Origin: Dipteris shenzhenensis
Taxonomy: Eukaryota
Direction: 5' to 3' (one strand)
Length of the DNA: 64,000 nt
Assembly: GCA_047967505.1 (NCBI GenBank)
Contig: CM106538.1
The notes below the pieces were generated by a model. It was given only the letters and a program-made list of their open reading frames with translations. It did no database searches and was not told the DNA's origin. A program made the translations under genes and the position numbers. Shown piece by piece: positions 23,684 to 38,600 of this stretch (its first letter is position 1; each line of letters opens with the position of its first letter).

Positions 23684-26600
23684 TGTGAAGATTGTGGGAG
23701 AGAGGGAAGGAGTCTCACTTGCGGCTTTCTCACATGCACAATGGGGGAATACACACAAAGGTGGAGGCTGAAAACAGTTTTCCTCTTCTTAGATGTGAAA
23801 GCCAAAAGAACTCAAGTACAAAGAAATAGAAGAACCCTATATGTGGGTCTCAAAACCAAACTCAACTAACTAAGGTGGCATACTAACTGAGCCACGAACT
23901 AGTGTAGATAAGGATAGCTGTCATCCAGCTATTATTCGTGGGCAGTGTACCAACCGCATCTCCAGCTAACAAGTCGGTGACATAAGTACACAACGGTCAC
24001 CCTGGCATATCTCGAGTGGAGCTCGATATCTCAACACTCCCCCTCGAGCTCAATCCCAAATCCTGCACACCAAACAAGTCTCTGAACTTGCGCAGCTTCT
24101 CTGCGCCCACTGCTTTTGTGAATATGTCAGCTACCTGATCCTCTGTGCTGACATAAACTAGATCAATAAGACCTAGTAAAACCTTCTCCCGCACATAGTG
24201 ATAATGCACCTCAATGTGCTTTGTTCTAGCATGAAAGACTGGGTTCTTTGCCAAATGTATACTACTCATGTTGTCACAATAAATGACAACCGGCCCATCT
24301 GTAGACTGATGCATATCATAGAGTAGCTTATGCAACCAAGCTACCTCACACGCAGCCATTGCTGCACCCCTGTACTCAGCCTCTGTGCTCGACAAGGCAA
24401 CTGTAGGCTGTTTCTTGCTGCTCCAAGTGACTGCAGCACTCCCAAAAGAGAACACATATCCATTGGTAGATCGTCTATCTGAAATGCTACCAGCCCAATC
24501 AGCATCAGTGTATCCATGCAACTGTATCTGAACCCCAGCCTCATAAAATAGTCCATACTGCAATGTGGACTTCACATACCTGAGTATGCGTCTAGTCGCA
24601 TCCAAATGCGGTTTCCTTGGAGCTTGCATAAACTGACTTACCAACCCAATAGCATAGCTCAAATCTGGCCTGGTAATAGTCATGTAAATCAAACTTCCTA
24701 CTATGCGTCTGTACATAGTAGGGTCTTCCAGAAGCTCACCTGCATCTGTGCTCAGCTTCACATTCTGCTGCAAAGGAACTGAAATAGGCTTACAGCCTAT
24801 CATCCCATATTTGGATAGCATGTCCAATCCATACTGCCTCTGCAAGAGCTGTATCCCACTTGGTGATCTAATCACCTCAATGCCCAAGAAATAACGCAGC
24901 TCTCCCAAATCCTTCATCTCAAACTTCTGCCTCAATAGCATTTTCACATGAAGGATATCTTCATCACTATCACCTGTGATGATCAAATCATCAACATAAT
25001 GACCAGCAGCATAATCCCTTTCTCTGTTTTTCTCACAGAGTGAGAAATCTGCCTTGGAAATCTGAAAGCCAATAGTGACAAGATACTGTCCTATCTTGTC
25101 AGACCATGCTCTAGGTGCTTGCTTCAAGCCATACAAGGCTTTCTTCAACTTGCAAACAAACTCAGGATGAGTAGCATGAACATAACCTGCTGGCTGCTCC
25201 ATAAAGACCTCTTCTTGCAAATCACCATGCAAGAAGGCATTCTTTACATCCATCTGATGTAAAGACCATCCCTTTGATGCAGCCATAGCAATGGCTGCTC
25301 TTACGGTTTCCATCCTTGCAACCGGGCTGAAAGTTTCTTCATAATCAATGCCATATGTCTGTGCATACCCCTTGACAATAATCTTGCCTTGTATCTATTC
25401 ACAGAACCATCTGCATTGTGCTTGATCTTATAAACCCACTTACAGCCAATTGCATTCTTGCCTTTAGACAAAGGCACCAATTCCCATGTAGCATTAGCAT
25501 CCAAGGCATCCATTTCTTCATCCATGGCTTTCTCCCATTTTTCATTTCCCATGGCTTGCTCAAAAGAAGTGGGTTCTGGTTCCTGTATCACTTTGACCAT
25601 ATAGGCATAGTGAATGGCTGTAAATCCATCATATTTCAGCCTATCTACAGGATACCTAACCCTGGTAGACCTGCGCAAAATAGGCTCACTTCCAAGTTCT
25701 CTCAAAACATCCCTGGTCTTCCTTACTCCAGGTGTAACAACAGAAGGAATACCCAACTCATCATCAATGCTCTGTTCTGAGCCACTGGATTCACCATCCA
25801 CACAAGAGTGACGTGCATTCACATCATACATGGGCTGATCTACCTTCTCTTTCCCTTTTCGTGATACCTGTGTACCACTCTCTGCATTGCTTTGAGGGGA
25901 TTCTCCTGATCTCAATCTGCCTGTCCATGGCGAAGTATGTGAACCACTGGTAGAGGACACTCCAGGTCCACTGATATTTTGTGATTGCTGCTGTGCATTC
26001 TGTGCAGCATTACCATTTTGTGCATCTACATCAATCATCACATTTACTGGTTTATACCAGCTGCTCATCTCATCAAAAACAACATCTCTGCTCACTGTGA
26101 ACTTACGTGTAGAAGGGTTATAGCATCTATACCCTTTCTGCTGCAGAGAATAACCAATAAAGACGCACTTCTCAGCTTTTGGATCCAACTTGGACCTCAA
26201 CTCATCTGGCACATGGACATAGGCAATGCAACCAAAAATCTTCAAATGAGAAATATCTGGTTTCCTACCAGTATACATCTCCTCTGGCGTCATGCCATGT
26301 ATTGCTGCAGTGGGAATCCTGTTCATTATATAGACTGCTGTAGCAACTGCTTCAGCCCAATAATAATCTGGTAGATCTTTTTCATTTAGCATAGCCCGAG
26401 ATACCTCTCCAATATGCCTGTTTTTTCTTTCTGCAATTCCATTTTGCTGTGGGGTATGACTGCATGAATATTGCTGCTTTATACCATGCTCCTGCAAGAA
26501 CCTTGCAAACTCATTTGAGAGGTACTCTCCCCCTCCATCTGACCTTAGGCATTTTATTTGTAGGCCTGTTTCTTTTCAACCATAGCTTTGAAAGCTATGA

Positions 26601-29256
26601 AGTGCCCAAACACTTCACTTTTCTTTTTCATAAAATACACCCATAATTTTCTGCTGAAGTCATCAATAAATGTGACAAAATAGTGACAGCCTCCAATAGA
26701 TGCAGCTTTTGTAGTCCACACATCAGAGTGGATTAATTCCAATGGCTTTTTACTCTCTTGAACATGCCTAGGAAAAGGTTTCCTTGCCTGTTTCCCAAAT
26801 TGACAGGCTTCACAAATCTTGTGCATTTCTGCAACCTTGAATTTTTGCAATCCTGCAACAATATTTTGGGCTTGCATTGATTTAAGTCGTTGTATATTAA
26901 CATGACCAATGCGTTTGTGCCAGATATCAATATCTGCAACTACATCGGTCCCATGTGCAAACATTGCTGCACTCAATTCAGGCATGTTTGCATCCAACGT
27001 AAACATCCTGCCCTTCTACTTTCCTTTTGCTATCAAGCGACCATTATTTTTCATATCCTCAACAAAGCATCCATGAGGATTAAATCTGACCTGCAAGCCC
27101 TGCTCAACCATGTGACCAACAGAAACCAGGTTCTTGGTGATGTTCGGGACATGAAATATATCATCAGACAAGTATTTCTTTTTCCCATCCTGCATAGACA
27201 AAGGAATTTTGCCAATCTGCACAATAGGATGTGCAGTATCATCACCAGTCTCCACAAATCCTGGCTTTTCCATTTTCCTTGCATCTTGCATCCATTCTGC
27301 ATGACTTGTCATGTGGTTTGACGCACCTGAGTCAACATACCACACATCATTTTGTTCTTCTGCACTTGTCACAGAATTGGTCATATGCTGCACCATAAAT
27401 AGATGCTCATTTCTGTCATCACCCTGCCTGCTAGAAGATGCATAATTGCCTTGCTGCAATTTTCCATTCATAATGTCATTCTGTTTTTTGTAGTAGTCCT
27501 TAGCCATATGACCCATTTTGCCACAATAGTAGCATTCAACATTGCTGTTTGCATTTTGGCTTCTCTGCCATCCACCACGACCTCTTTGGCTCCCCCTGCC
27601 TCTAGAGTTACCACGTCCTCCTGCATAGGACTGGTTTTCTTGCATTTGCTGCATATTCTGATTTCTACCACGGCCTGCAGATCGGCCTCCTCTACCTCTG
27701 CCTCTACCTCTGCCAGCATTTGAGTAGAGGATAGTTTCTTTTGAAGTTCCTGCTGAAGAAGATGCACCACCATTTCTCTGCTCTTCAGAAATTAGAAGAG
27801 CAATCAGCTCCTTAAATAAGGAAAATTTTCACGGACGGCAATGGATGTCCGGAACTGTGCATAATCCTTTCCTAGACCATTCAAGGTCACGGAAACCAAA
27901 TCATCATCATCCACTGGCGACCCAATGGAAGCAAGTGCATCTGCAATTTTCTTCACTTTCATGTGGTAGTCATTTATGCTCAAATTTTCTCTCTGCACAT
28001 TGTGCAACTCCTGTTTGAGTTGCATTTTCTTGGCTTGCGTATTTGTGCTGTACATTTTTGCCAAAGTATCCCATGCCTCCTTTGGCATATTTGCATCCTG
28101 AATATGCACAATCATGGAGTCCGAAATGCTGATAGACAGCCAGTACATAACTTTCCTGGCTCTCTCATGCCATCCTTTGAATGCCTGCATTTCCTGTTGA
28201 CTGGGAACATTAGGAAGAACAGGTTCTTCTTCATTTCCTGTAATGAAATCCCAATAGCCTTTTCCCATCAAAAAATTCGTCATTCTAAACTTCCATGCCT
28301 GGAAGTTGTTCTTGTTAAGCTTTTCAGTGACAGTCTGTGAAAGAGAATCAGACGCCATTACAAAACTCTGCAAAATATTCTGTCACTGCAAAAAAACATA
28401 GCTTTTGCCTCACACGGGCAGATCTGCAAAACTGACAAAAGTGGTATTTCACCACACAGTCACTTCCTAGTGACGATTTTGCATCAACAGGCAACAGGCA
28501 TGAATCTGCAACTCCCAATATCTCTACACACAGGCATACGATGCAATTTCTGCGGCACGTTTCCACCGACTAGCCGTGCAGTGGTCGCACAGCAAAAAAT
28601 AGGGCCTTTTTCTGAGTGCCTGCGAAGAACTTCCGCCTTCAAAACGGGCCTCGAAACGGCCTCAAAGCGGAAAAATAAAGTCACTGACGGCTTCGCCCTC
28701 TCCCGCAGCATATACTGCGCTCTCGCCACACCGCGAAGGGCGTCTCAATCTGAAACAGTGCACTCCTGCACTTCTGGCTGTGCTACCTGCAGAGATTTGC
28801 TCCCAAACTCGAAATAGGAAAGCAACACTGGTCCTCTTACCAGGACACCACGAACTTGGCTTGCTTTCTTGAACTCCTTACCACGAACAAGGCTCTGATA
28901 CCATGTGAAGATTGTGGGAGAGAGGGAAGGAGTCTCACTTGCGGCTTTCTCACATGCACAATGGGGGAATACACACAAAGGTGGAGGCTGAAAACAGTTT
29001 TCCTCTTCTTAGTTGTGAAAGCCAAAAGAACTCAAGTACAAAGAAATAGAAGAACCCTATATGTGGGTCTCAAAACCAAACTCAACTAACTAAGGTGGCA
29101 TACTAACTGAGCCACGAACTAGTGTAGATAAGGATAGCTATCATCCAGCTATTATTCGTGGGCGGTGTACCAACCACATCTCCAGCTAACAAGTCGGTGA
29201 CATAAGTACACAACGGTCACCCTGGCATATCTCGAGTGGAGCTCGATATCTCAACA
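23684..29256 (-). mobile_element. Full-length Ty1/Copia LTR retrotransposon (family B), relatively young
   Basis: 353-bp LTRs at 28904-29256 (5') and 23684-24036 (3'), differing at 4 positions that I could see. TSD AAATC, PBS TGGTATCAGAGCC (28891-28903, tRNA-iMet type), PPT next to 24037. Confidence 0.97.
23997..28373 (-). pseudogene. Copia gag-pol polyprotein broken by frameshifts and stops
   Basis: Gag (28373-27804), zinc knuckle CYYCGKMGH, protease WYVDSGASNHM, GAG-pre-integrase and integrase (WHKRIGH...CEAC...FIDDFSR...PQQNGIAERKNR), RT (QMDVKNAFLHG, YVDDL), RNase H (DADWAG...KHIEVHYH). Confidence 0.95.
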
Positions 29257-29538
29257 AAATCGTCTCCCCGTATCTTGGTTAAAAACCTCACAGGGTGGAT
29301 CAAGCATTGGGGTAGTGCCCATTTCGGCAATGAGATCCTCTTCTGCAACTCCTTCTTCAACCCCGGGAACATTTTCAGGCATATCAATACTGGCATGGGC
29401 ATGACTCGATGCATCCACAGTTTGCCTAGTCACAACTCATCTTGAAGATTGTGAATGAGCATTTCTAATTTCATGCATTTTTGATTGTGCATTCGTAGTT
29501 GCAACACGTGCCCTATTTTTGCTCGTCATTGCCATCTC

Positions 29539-32500
29539 TATACGAAAATAATACAATGTCTGTGCTCAACAGATTACATGATCTCCTACACAAGAGAGAA
29601 AACAAGATAGTATGGAGAATCAAAAATTTGATTATTGTAGAACTAATATGATAGATGGCGTTGCCTCCCAGCCGTGCGCTCCTGTGAAAGAAGCTTCGAT
29701 GGCATGCTGGAAACAGTAGAAGATGGAGACTGAATGCTAAGGAATCAAGGTTGCTATAGCCAGTGATGAAATGGGCTTCACGGGCTTGCTCTTATATAGC
29801 CACCAGTCGTAGTCGGTTAGGCTCAATTGGGTGACCGACCTAGTCCGCCCAATATGGTCGACTGGGGGTCCATCCCAAAATAGGCCACCGACCATATGAT
29901 AGAACGGATGCGCAAAACAGAGCAATTAGCCTAGGTCTCTGTTTCGCCCACAACCATCCGAGATCATCTGAGGCTCCAAACGGGCCCCGCAACCCAAGAG
30001 TGGGTTGCCCTAGGAAATGCTCTGTCTACCCTCAGCGTGGTCAGTCAAGGGATGCCTTCCCACACTTGCATGTAGCCTAGTTGGCAGTGTGCCAACTCTA
30101 TCTGAAGCCATCCAGCCATCAAGCTACACATGGCCCCCATCTGGTGTCCAAACCATGACACAACTCCAGATCTAAGTGAGAAACAGTACCCTGTCACTGA
30201 TCTCCTACTGTCCACGTCTCCTGCCCAATCCAATCCGAGTCAAAGAATCCGGTCACGATGTTGCCTTTGGTATAGGTGATGCCATAATCAAGTGTGCCTT
30301 TGATGTATTTCAACACCCGCATCCCTGCCCTCCAATGGTTCTCCCGGGGCTTATTGGAAAACCTGCTAAGTACACCAGTCGCAAAGCTGATGTCCGATCG
30401 TATGTTGCACAAGTAGATCAAGGTGCCCACAAGCTTCTGTACTTCACTTTGTCCACCAGTGGTGATGAATCCTCATTTGAGAGCTTCGCATGAACCTCCA
30501 TAGGGGTATCAATTGTCTTGCACTCAGCCATGCCAAATGCCTTCAGTATCTCTCCAGTATACTTCAGTTGTGAAATGAAGATCTGTTTCAGCTCCTGCCA
30601 AACTTCAATCCCCAAACAAAAATGCATCACTCCGAGGTCTATCATTTCAAACTCTCTTCCTAGCAAATGCTTTGTCTGCGAGATCTTCTCTTCATGGTTC
30701 CCTGTTATGACAAGGTCGTCCACATAAAGGACCATGATCATACACTTGCCTCCTTCTCTGAAGATATACAAATTTGCGTCAGATGGGCTCCTCCTGAACC
30801 CGTTTTGCAGAAAGTAGGCATCAATTCACTGGTACCATGCTCGTGGGGCATGTTTCAGCCCATAAAGTGCCTTCTTCAGTTTGTAAACTTTACCTTCTGA
30901 ATCGGGGATCTCAAAACCTAGTGGTTGTTCCACGTATACCTCCTCCTTGAGATCTCCATTCAGAAAGGTGGATTTCACATCCATCTGAAACAAAGGCCAA
31001 CTTCCCTGCACAGCTAAAGCCAAAACACTGCAAATTGTGCTTAGTCGAGTTGTGGGAGCAAAAGTATCTTGATAATCAAAACCATGTATTTGTGCAAATC
31101 CTTTTGCCATGAGCCGAGCCTTGTACTTATCCAATGTGCCATCGGACTTGTACTTGATCTTGTACACCCACTTGGTTCCGATTACCTTGCATTTTGGTGG
31201 CCGATCCACAAGGTCTCAAGTGTTGTTCTTCATTATAAAGCCATACTCTGACTGCATAGCCTCCATCCACCTATCGTCACCCTGTGCCTCTTCAAGACAC
31301 TTGGGTTCATCAGCACGGATCACTTTTGTCATCAAAGCATAGTTGACCAAGTGTTCCTGTGCCCTTCTTTGCTCCTCTAATCTCTTCGACCGACAGTGTT
31401 CGGATGGTTCCTCCTCAATGGCTGGAGGTTCTCTGCCGTCCAAAAGTTGCTTTACCCACTTCAGGAATGGCCGTTGCCGTTGTGGTTCTGCAAGCTCTTC
31501 TTCATTTTCTTTGTCTTGAATCCTCCCAAGCACCGTTGGGGGAGTTTGGTATGCTATTGGTGGCGGTACTGGATGGATATCCTAGTCCTGGTTGTCTGGG
31601 AAGGAAGCGTCCTCCTCCAATTGATGCATCTATTCTAAGAAGAAAACATCATGACTTACAATTAATTTCTTGGTAATAGGGTTATAGAGACGGTGACCCT
31701 TTGCCTCTTCACTATAGCCCAAGAAATTACGCTTCCGGCACTTCGGTTCCCATTTCGTCCTGGTAGCATCAGGGACATGCACAAAACAGTGACATCCAAA
31801 AACTCTGAAATGTGCAGCTGAATGTTTCTTACCAGAGAAAGCTTGTAGTGGAGTCATCCCATTCACAGCCTTCATGTAGCTACAATTGAGGATGTAAAGT
31901 GCAGTGTTACATGCTTCAGCCCAGAAAGTCTTTGGCAAATCTTTTCCTTTCATCATACTCCGGCCCATTTTGCAGATGACGTGCATCTTGCGTTCTGCTA
32001 CTCCATTTTGCTATGATGTATGTGGCGGGGGTTTCTGCCTCTTGATTCCATGACTTTTATAGTAACTTTTGAATTCACTCAATGTGAACTCTCCACCTCT
32101 GTCCGATCTCAGCTTCTTCACCTTCCTCCTTGATTCTTTCTCGACCATTACATGCCATTCCTTGAGCCTACTGAAAGCCTCATCTTTCGTCTTCAGGAAG
32201 TATATCCATATCCTTCTACTGTAGTCATTGAGATCAGCGTCATGAAGTAGAAGGAACCACCCAAAGCTTCCATCTCCATCTTTCCGCAGAGGTCCGTGTG
32301 TACGAGCTCTAGAGGAGCCTTTGCTTTGTTAGCCTCTTTAGGAAAGGGCTGCCAATGTTGCTTGCCCATCATGTAAGCTTGACATACATCAGGCAAATCT
32401 AAAATTTCTGGTAGGTCTCCAATCATTCCACTTTTATGCATCTCCTTCAAAGAACTAAGGTTTAGATGACCAAACCTCTCATGCCACAGCTTAGTGTTCT

Positions 32501-34581
32501 TCACATCCACTTGAGCACTGAAAGCTGAGAGTTCGTAAATGTTGTTGCACTATGTACCTTTACCAATGACCTTTCCTTGAAGATCCAGGATCTGTGCACC
32601 ATTCTTATCGAATTGAACTTTGAGGTCTCGATCTGTGATCGTAGAAATGGACAACAAGTTCCTCTTGATATCTGGCATATAAAGAACATTGGACAACTGT
32701 TTTACAACACTCCATTTGACTTGAGAGCAATCGCACCTTTTCCTTTTGCTAGACATTTCACATCATTGCCGACTGCTACCATGATGTCATTCCCTACCGG
32801 CTGTAGAGAGGTATACCAATCCTTCTGACTCATCATGTGGCATGATGGACCACTGTCAATGATCCAAGGTTCATCCACAGGTACATGAGCTGCCTCCATA
32901 CAAATCTCCTCGATTGCGACGAAGAGCTCTATTGGTACTATCTGCGAGCTGTTGCTGGACTCTTTCTTCACTCCGTTCTTCTCATCTGCAATCTTCTTGT
33001 GGCACTCATTCTGCTTGTGCCCTGCCTTGTTGCAATAGAAGCACTTGATCTTCTTCTTTCTCTTTTAATCATTAGAAGAAGATGGGTTAGCAGAGTCCTT
33101 ACCCTTACCTTTCTTTGATCCAGTCCAAAAAGCCGAATCTTCTCCAGTCCTCATCTTTTGACGCATCTCTTCCTCCAGAACCATCACGTTGAAATCCTCA
33201 AAGTTGAGGGGCGGATTTCTATTCTGTGTATTTAGCGCCATAACAAGACCGTTGTACTTTGGTGGGAGAATCCGTATGCACCTTCATGCTAGATTCTTGC
33301 TGGTGATGGTGATGCCAATTGCAATCATCTGATCGTGCAGATTCTTCACCCTGGTGATGAACTTCTCTACTACTTCAGACTCAGACAATTTTTCGTTTGC
33401 AAGTTGAGTCGCAAGATTCTGAATCCGGGTCTGATTCGTGGTCTCATACTAATTTTTCAAGACCGTCCATGCCTCCTCCGTTGTGGTGACATGTTGAATT
33501 AACGCCATGATGGAATCACTGACACTGCAGACAATAGAACACAACGCATCTGCATTTCTTCTTGTCCATGTGAGAATCTCATCCGCAGTTGGTACTATCC
33601 GTTGTCCTGCATTGGCTGGATCGGGTCTTGGAACCAGTCTCACGTCCACCCCAGTAACAGTGTCCCAAAGCTCATATGCGCTTAGGATGGTCTTCATCTT
33701 GAACTTGCAGAGAGGATAATTAGAGCCGTCCAACTTTTCACTTTCACCGAATGGTGGGTTTCGCAGTCTTGCAGGTTGGGCGATCTCTCACAATTTGCTC
33801 GCAAACAGAAACACACTACCAAATCTTCTTGCTAGAGTCTAGGCTCTGATACCATGTAAGAAAATAATACAACGTCTGTGCTCAACAGATAATAGGATCT
33901 CGTATGCAAGAGAGAAAACAAGATAGTATGGAGAAGAAAAAATTTGATTATTATAGAACTAATACAATAGATGGCACTACATCCCAACCGTGCACTCTGT
34001 GAAAGAAGCTTCGATGGCGTGCTGGAAACAGTAGAAGACAAAGGATGAATGTTAAGGAATCAAAGTTGTTGTAGCCAGTGATGAAATGGGCTTCACGGGC
34101 TTGCTCTTATATAGCCACCAGTCGTAGTCGGTTAGGCTCAATTGGGTGACCGACCCAGTCTGCCCAAAACGATCGACTAGGGGTCAGCAAAATAGGCCAC
34201 CGACCATACGATAGAACCGGTGTGCAAAACAGAGCAATGGACCTATGGTAGCCGTTCGGCCCATAGCCATCTGGGATCATCTAAGGCTCCAAACGAGCCC
34301 CGCAACCCGAGAGTGGGCTACTCGAGAAATGCTCTGTCTACCCTCAGTGCGGTCAGTCAAGTGATGCCTTCCCACACTTGCATGTAGCCTAGTTGGCGGT
34401 GTGCCAACTCTATCTGAAGTTGTCCAGCCATCAAGCCACACATGGCCCCCATTTGGTGTCCAAACCAGGACCTACCGGATAACCGAGCTACTCAAATGCC
34501 TTCTTCTCATATGGGGGGCTTACAAGTAGAGTTAGCTGGTTCCCGTGTAGTTACATGAGAGTGGAGCATTGATATATAACA
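29539..34581 (-). mobile_element. Ty1/Copia LTR retrotransposon (family A), decayed
   Basis: TSD ATCTC (29534-38 and 34582-86), 5' LTR 33855-34581, PBS TGGTATCAGAGCC at 33842-33854, and gag-PR-IN-RT fragments. The 3' LTR (29539 to ~30155) has lost its start together with the end of RNase H. Confidence 0.93.
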
Positions 34582-35020
34582 ATCTCATCTTCCCCTTCTG
34601 TCCATACTTAAGGCCCTTAGCTTAAGAGTCAAGACTGCTCATTAACAATCGCATTCATTGGCACTCATGATCATGGTCCGCAAGTTCCCCAAAATGCAAG
34701 GAGTTGGAGTATAGACCACCCTCAAGAACACACAACAAACACTCGCATCCAATATCCCTCGTGTTCGTGGTCTATAATTTCTCTAAGATGCAAGGAATCA
34801 GAGGGGTAAACCACACCCAGAGGTATAATGAATGCTGGCTCATGCTAACCCACTTAGCCTTACAACCATTTAGATTCAAATTGTGGTTCACTTTCTTTCC
34901 CAACTTATCAGGATATGAACCACAAACGGATCGGATGGCAAGCCTCTATCACCATTTCCATTAATATATAGCCTCGAGGTGCATAGGAAATTGGGAATCT
35001 GCATCCCATAGCACCGTCAG

Positions 35021-35133
35021 TACCTAAGACACTACCAGCGGCAAAATTAATATTCCCAGTGGTAATATTGATTATCTCGATGGTGTAAATACCATCGGGA
35101 ATATTAATTCTACTGCCGGTAGTGTCTTGGGTA
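35021..35133. repeat. Short hairpin built from ACTACC/CCGGTAGT-type motifs
   Basis: TACCTAAGACACTACCAGCGGCAAAATTAATATTCCC pairs with GGGAATATTAATTCTACTGCCGGTAGTGTCTTGGGTA. Confidence 0.8.
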
Positions 35134-35657
35134 TCGGTGGTACATGTATCCAGTTACCGGTGATTTTTTTCGATAACCTACCTGATCACATTGTTTTCAT
35201 GCAACTTGGAAGAGTAATTAACGAACGTTAATAACCCATTAACACAAATGTAAAAATGTGATCATAATCCTTGATCTATTCTAAAGGCCTTCAATCTCAA
35301 CAAATTGTTCCATACATTTAGCTTAACTAAGGAGAAAGATAATTGAACAAGTATTTATTTTTCAATTGGGATATTCCATTGATTTGTTAAATGTAAAGGT
35401 GAGAGTGGCCAATTAAGCTTCAAATTTTCATGCAAAGGAGGGACTTGAACTCAAGACATCCATTAGCCACTCATGATATCTTACCAAGAGACTACATGAA
35501 AATGTTGTGAAAGAACCAAGTGTGAAATACCCTCATAAGTAAGAGGGGAGGGACCCAGAGACCTCCTCGTTTATGGCTCTCCTTATTACCCCTCCCCTTG
35601 TCTTTCCATTCCTCCACTCCTCCCTTTTTCAATAACTAATACATTTGTGAATATTTT

Positions 35658-38600
35658 TGTAAGAAAATAATACGTCTGTGCTCAACAGATAACAAGATCT
35701 CATATGCAAGAGAGAAAACAAGATAGTATGGAGAATCAAAAATTTGATTACTATAAAACTCATACAATAGATGGCGCTGCCTCCCAACCGTGCACTCTTG
35801 TGAAAGAAGCTTCGATGGCATGCTAGAAAACAGTAGAAGACGGAGGCTGGATGCTAAGGAATCAGGGTTGCTGTAGCCAATGATAAAATGGGCTTCACGG
35901 GCTTGCTCTTATATAGCCACCAGTCATAGTCGGTTAGGCTCAATTGGGTGGTCGACCCAATCCGCCCAAAACGGTCGACTGGGGGTCGGTCCTGAAATAG
36001 TCCACCGACCATACGATAGAACCGGTGCGCAAAACAGAGCAACTAACCTACGGTTGCCATTGGGCCCACAGCCATCCGAGATCATCTGAGGCTCCAAACG
36101 GACCCCGCAACCCGAGAGTGGGCTGCCCCGGGAAATGCTCCATCTACCCTCAATGTGGTCAGTCAAGGGATGCCTTTCTACACTTGCATGTAGCCTAGTT
36201 GGCGGTGTGCCAACTCTATCTGAAGCCGTCCAGCCACCATCAGGCCACACATGGCCCCCATCTGGTGTCCAACAAACCAGGACCTACCGGATAACCGAGC
36301 TACTCAAATGCCTTCTCCTCATATGGGGGGCTTACAAGTAGAGTTAGCTGGTTCTTGCGTAGTTACATGAGAGTGAAGCATTGATATCTAACACCCCCCC
36401 TCAATGTCCACTCGCAAGTGAACTTACTTTTTCGATCCAATGCCAAGTCGATGAAGATGCCTCTCCAGCAAGTCTCTTCCAAGAGCCTTCATGAAGATGT
36501 CCGCAGCATTCTCTATAGTTGGACAGTACACCAAGTCGACCTCTCTATCCATGATGAGCTTGCGTACAAAGTGATATTGAATCTCAATGTGTTTTGTGCG
36601 AGCATGGAACACCGGGTTCTTTGCAATCGCCATGCAACTCTGATTGTCACATGATAATTGTGTAGGATTCTTTTGCACTACACCCATGTCCCCCAAAATC
36701 CTCCTCAACCACACTGCCTCACAAGAAGCAAAGCATGTAGATATGTACTCAGCCTCGGTAGAAGAAAGAGCAACTGTGGGTTACTTCTTACTGACCCATG
36801 ACACAACTCCAGATCCAAGTGAGAAATAGTACCCTGTCATTGATCTCCTGCTGTCCACGTCTCCTACCCAATCCGAGTCATAGAATCCGGTCAAGATGTT
36901 GCCCTTGGTATAGGTGATGCCATAATCAAGTGTGCCTTTGATGTATTTCAACACCTACATCCCTGCCCTCCAATGGTTCTCATGGGGCTTATTGGAAAAC
37001 CTGCTTAGTACACCAATCACAAAACTGATGTCTGGCCGTTTGTTGCACAGGTAAATCAAGCTACCCACAAGCCTCCTATACTTCGCTTTGTCCACCAGTG
37101 GTGATGAATCCTCATTTCAGAGCGTCGCGTCAACCTCCATAGGGATACCAACTGTCTTGCACTCAGCCATGCCAAATGCCTTCAGTATCTCTCCAGCATA
37201 CTTTAGTTGTGAAATGAAGATCTGTTTCAGCTCCTGCCAAACTTCAATCCCTAAACAAAAATGCATCAGTCCGAGGTCTATCATTTCAAACTCTCTTCCT
37301 AGCAAATGCTTCGTTTGCGAGATCTTCTCTTCATGGTTCCCTGTTATGACAAGGTCATCCACATAAAGGACCACGATCATACACCTGCCTCCTTCTCTGA
37401 AGATATACAAATTTGCATTAGATGGGCTCCTCCTGAACCCGTTTTGCAGAAAGTAGGCATCAATTCGCTGGTACCATGCTCGTGGGGCCTGTTTCAACCT
37501 GTAAAGTGCCTTCTTCAGTTTGCAAACTTTACCTTCTGAACCGAGGATCTCAAAACCTAGTGGTTGTTCCACGTATACCTCCTCCTTGAGATCTCCATTC
37601 AGAAAGGTGGATTTCACATCCATCTGAAACACTGGCCAACTTCCCTGGGCAGCTAAAGCCAAAACACTGCAAATTGTAGGTAGTCGAGCTATGGGAGCAA
37701 AAGTATCTTGATAATCAAAACCATGTACCTGTGCAACTCCTTTTGCCACGAGCCAAGCCTTGTACTTATCCAACGTGCCGTCGGACTTGTACTTGGTCTT
37801 GTACACCCACTTGGTTCCGATTACCTTGCATTTTGGTGGTCGATCCACAAGGTCCCAAGTGTTGTTCTCATTATGGAGCCATATTCCGACTGCATAGCCT
37901 CCATCCACCTATCATCGCCCTATGCCTCTTCAAGACACTTGGGTTCATAAGCACGGATCACTTGTGTCATCAAAGCATAGTTGACCAAGTGTTCCTACGC
38001 CCTTCTTTGCTTCTCTAATCTCTTGGACCGATGGTGGTTCCTCCTCAATGGTTGGAGGTTCTCTGCCATCCAAAAGCTACTTTATCCACTTTGGGAATGG
38101 TCGTTGCTATTGTGGTTCTGTAGGCTCTTCTTCATCTTCTTTGTCTTGAGTCCTCCCAAGCACCATTGGGGGAGTTTGGTCTACTGTTGGTGGCGGTACT
38201 AGATGGATATCCTGGTCCTGGTTGTCTGGGAAGAAAGATCCTCCTCCAATTGATGCGGCTGTTCTGAGAAGACCACATCGCAACTTACAATTACCTTCTT
38301 GGTAATAGGTTTATAGAGATGGTAACCCTTTGCCTCTTCATTGTAGCCCAAGAAAATACACTTTCGACTCTTCGGTTCCCATTTGGTCCTGGTAGCATCA
38401 GGGAAATGCACAAAACAGTCACATCCAAAAACTCTAAAATGTGCAGCTGAAGGTTTCTTACCAGAAAAGGCTTGCAATGGAGTCATCCCATTCACAACCT
38501 TCGTGTAGCTACGATTGAGGATGTAAACCTTAGTGTTACATGCTTCAGCCCAGAAAGTCTTTGGAAAATCTTTCCCTTTCATCATACTCCGGCCCATTTC

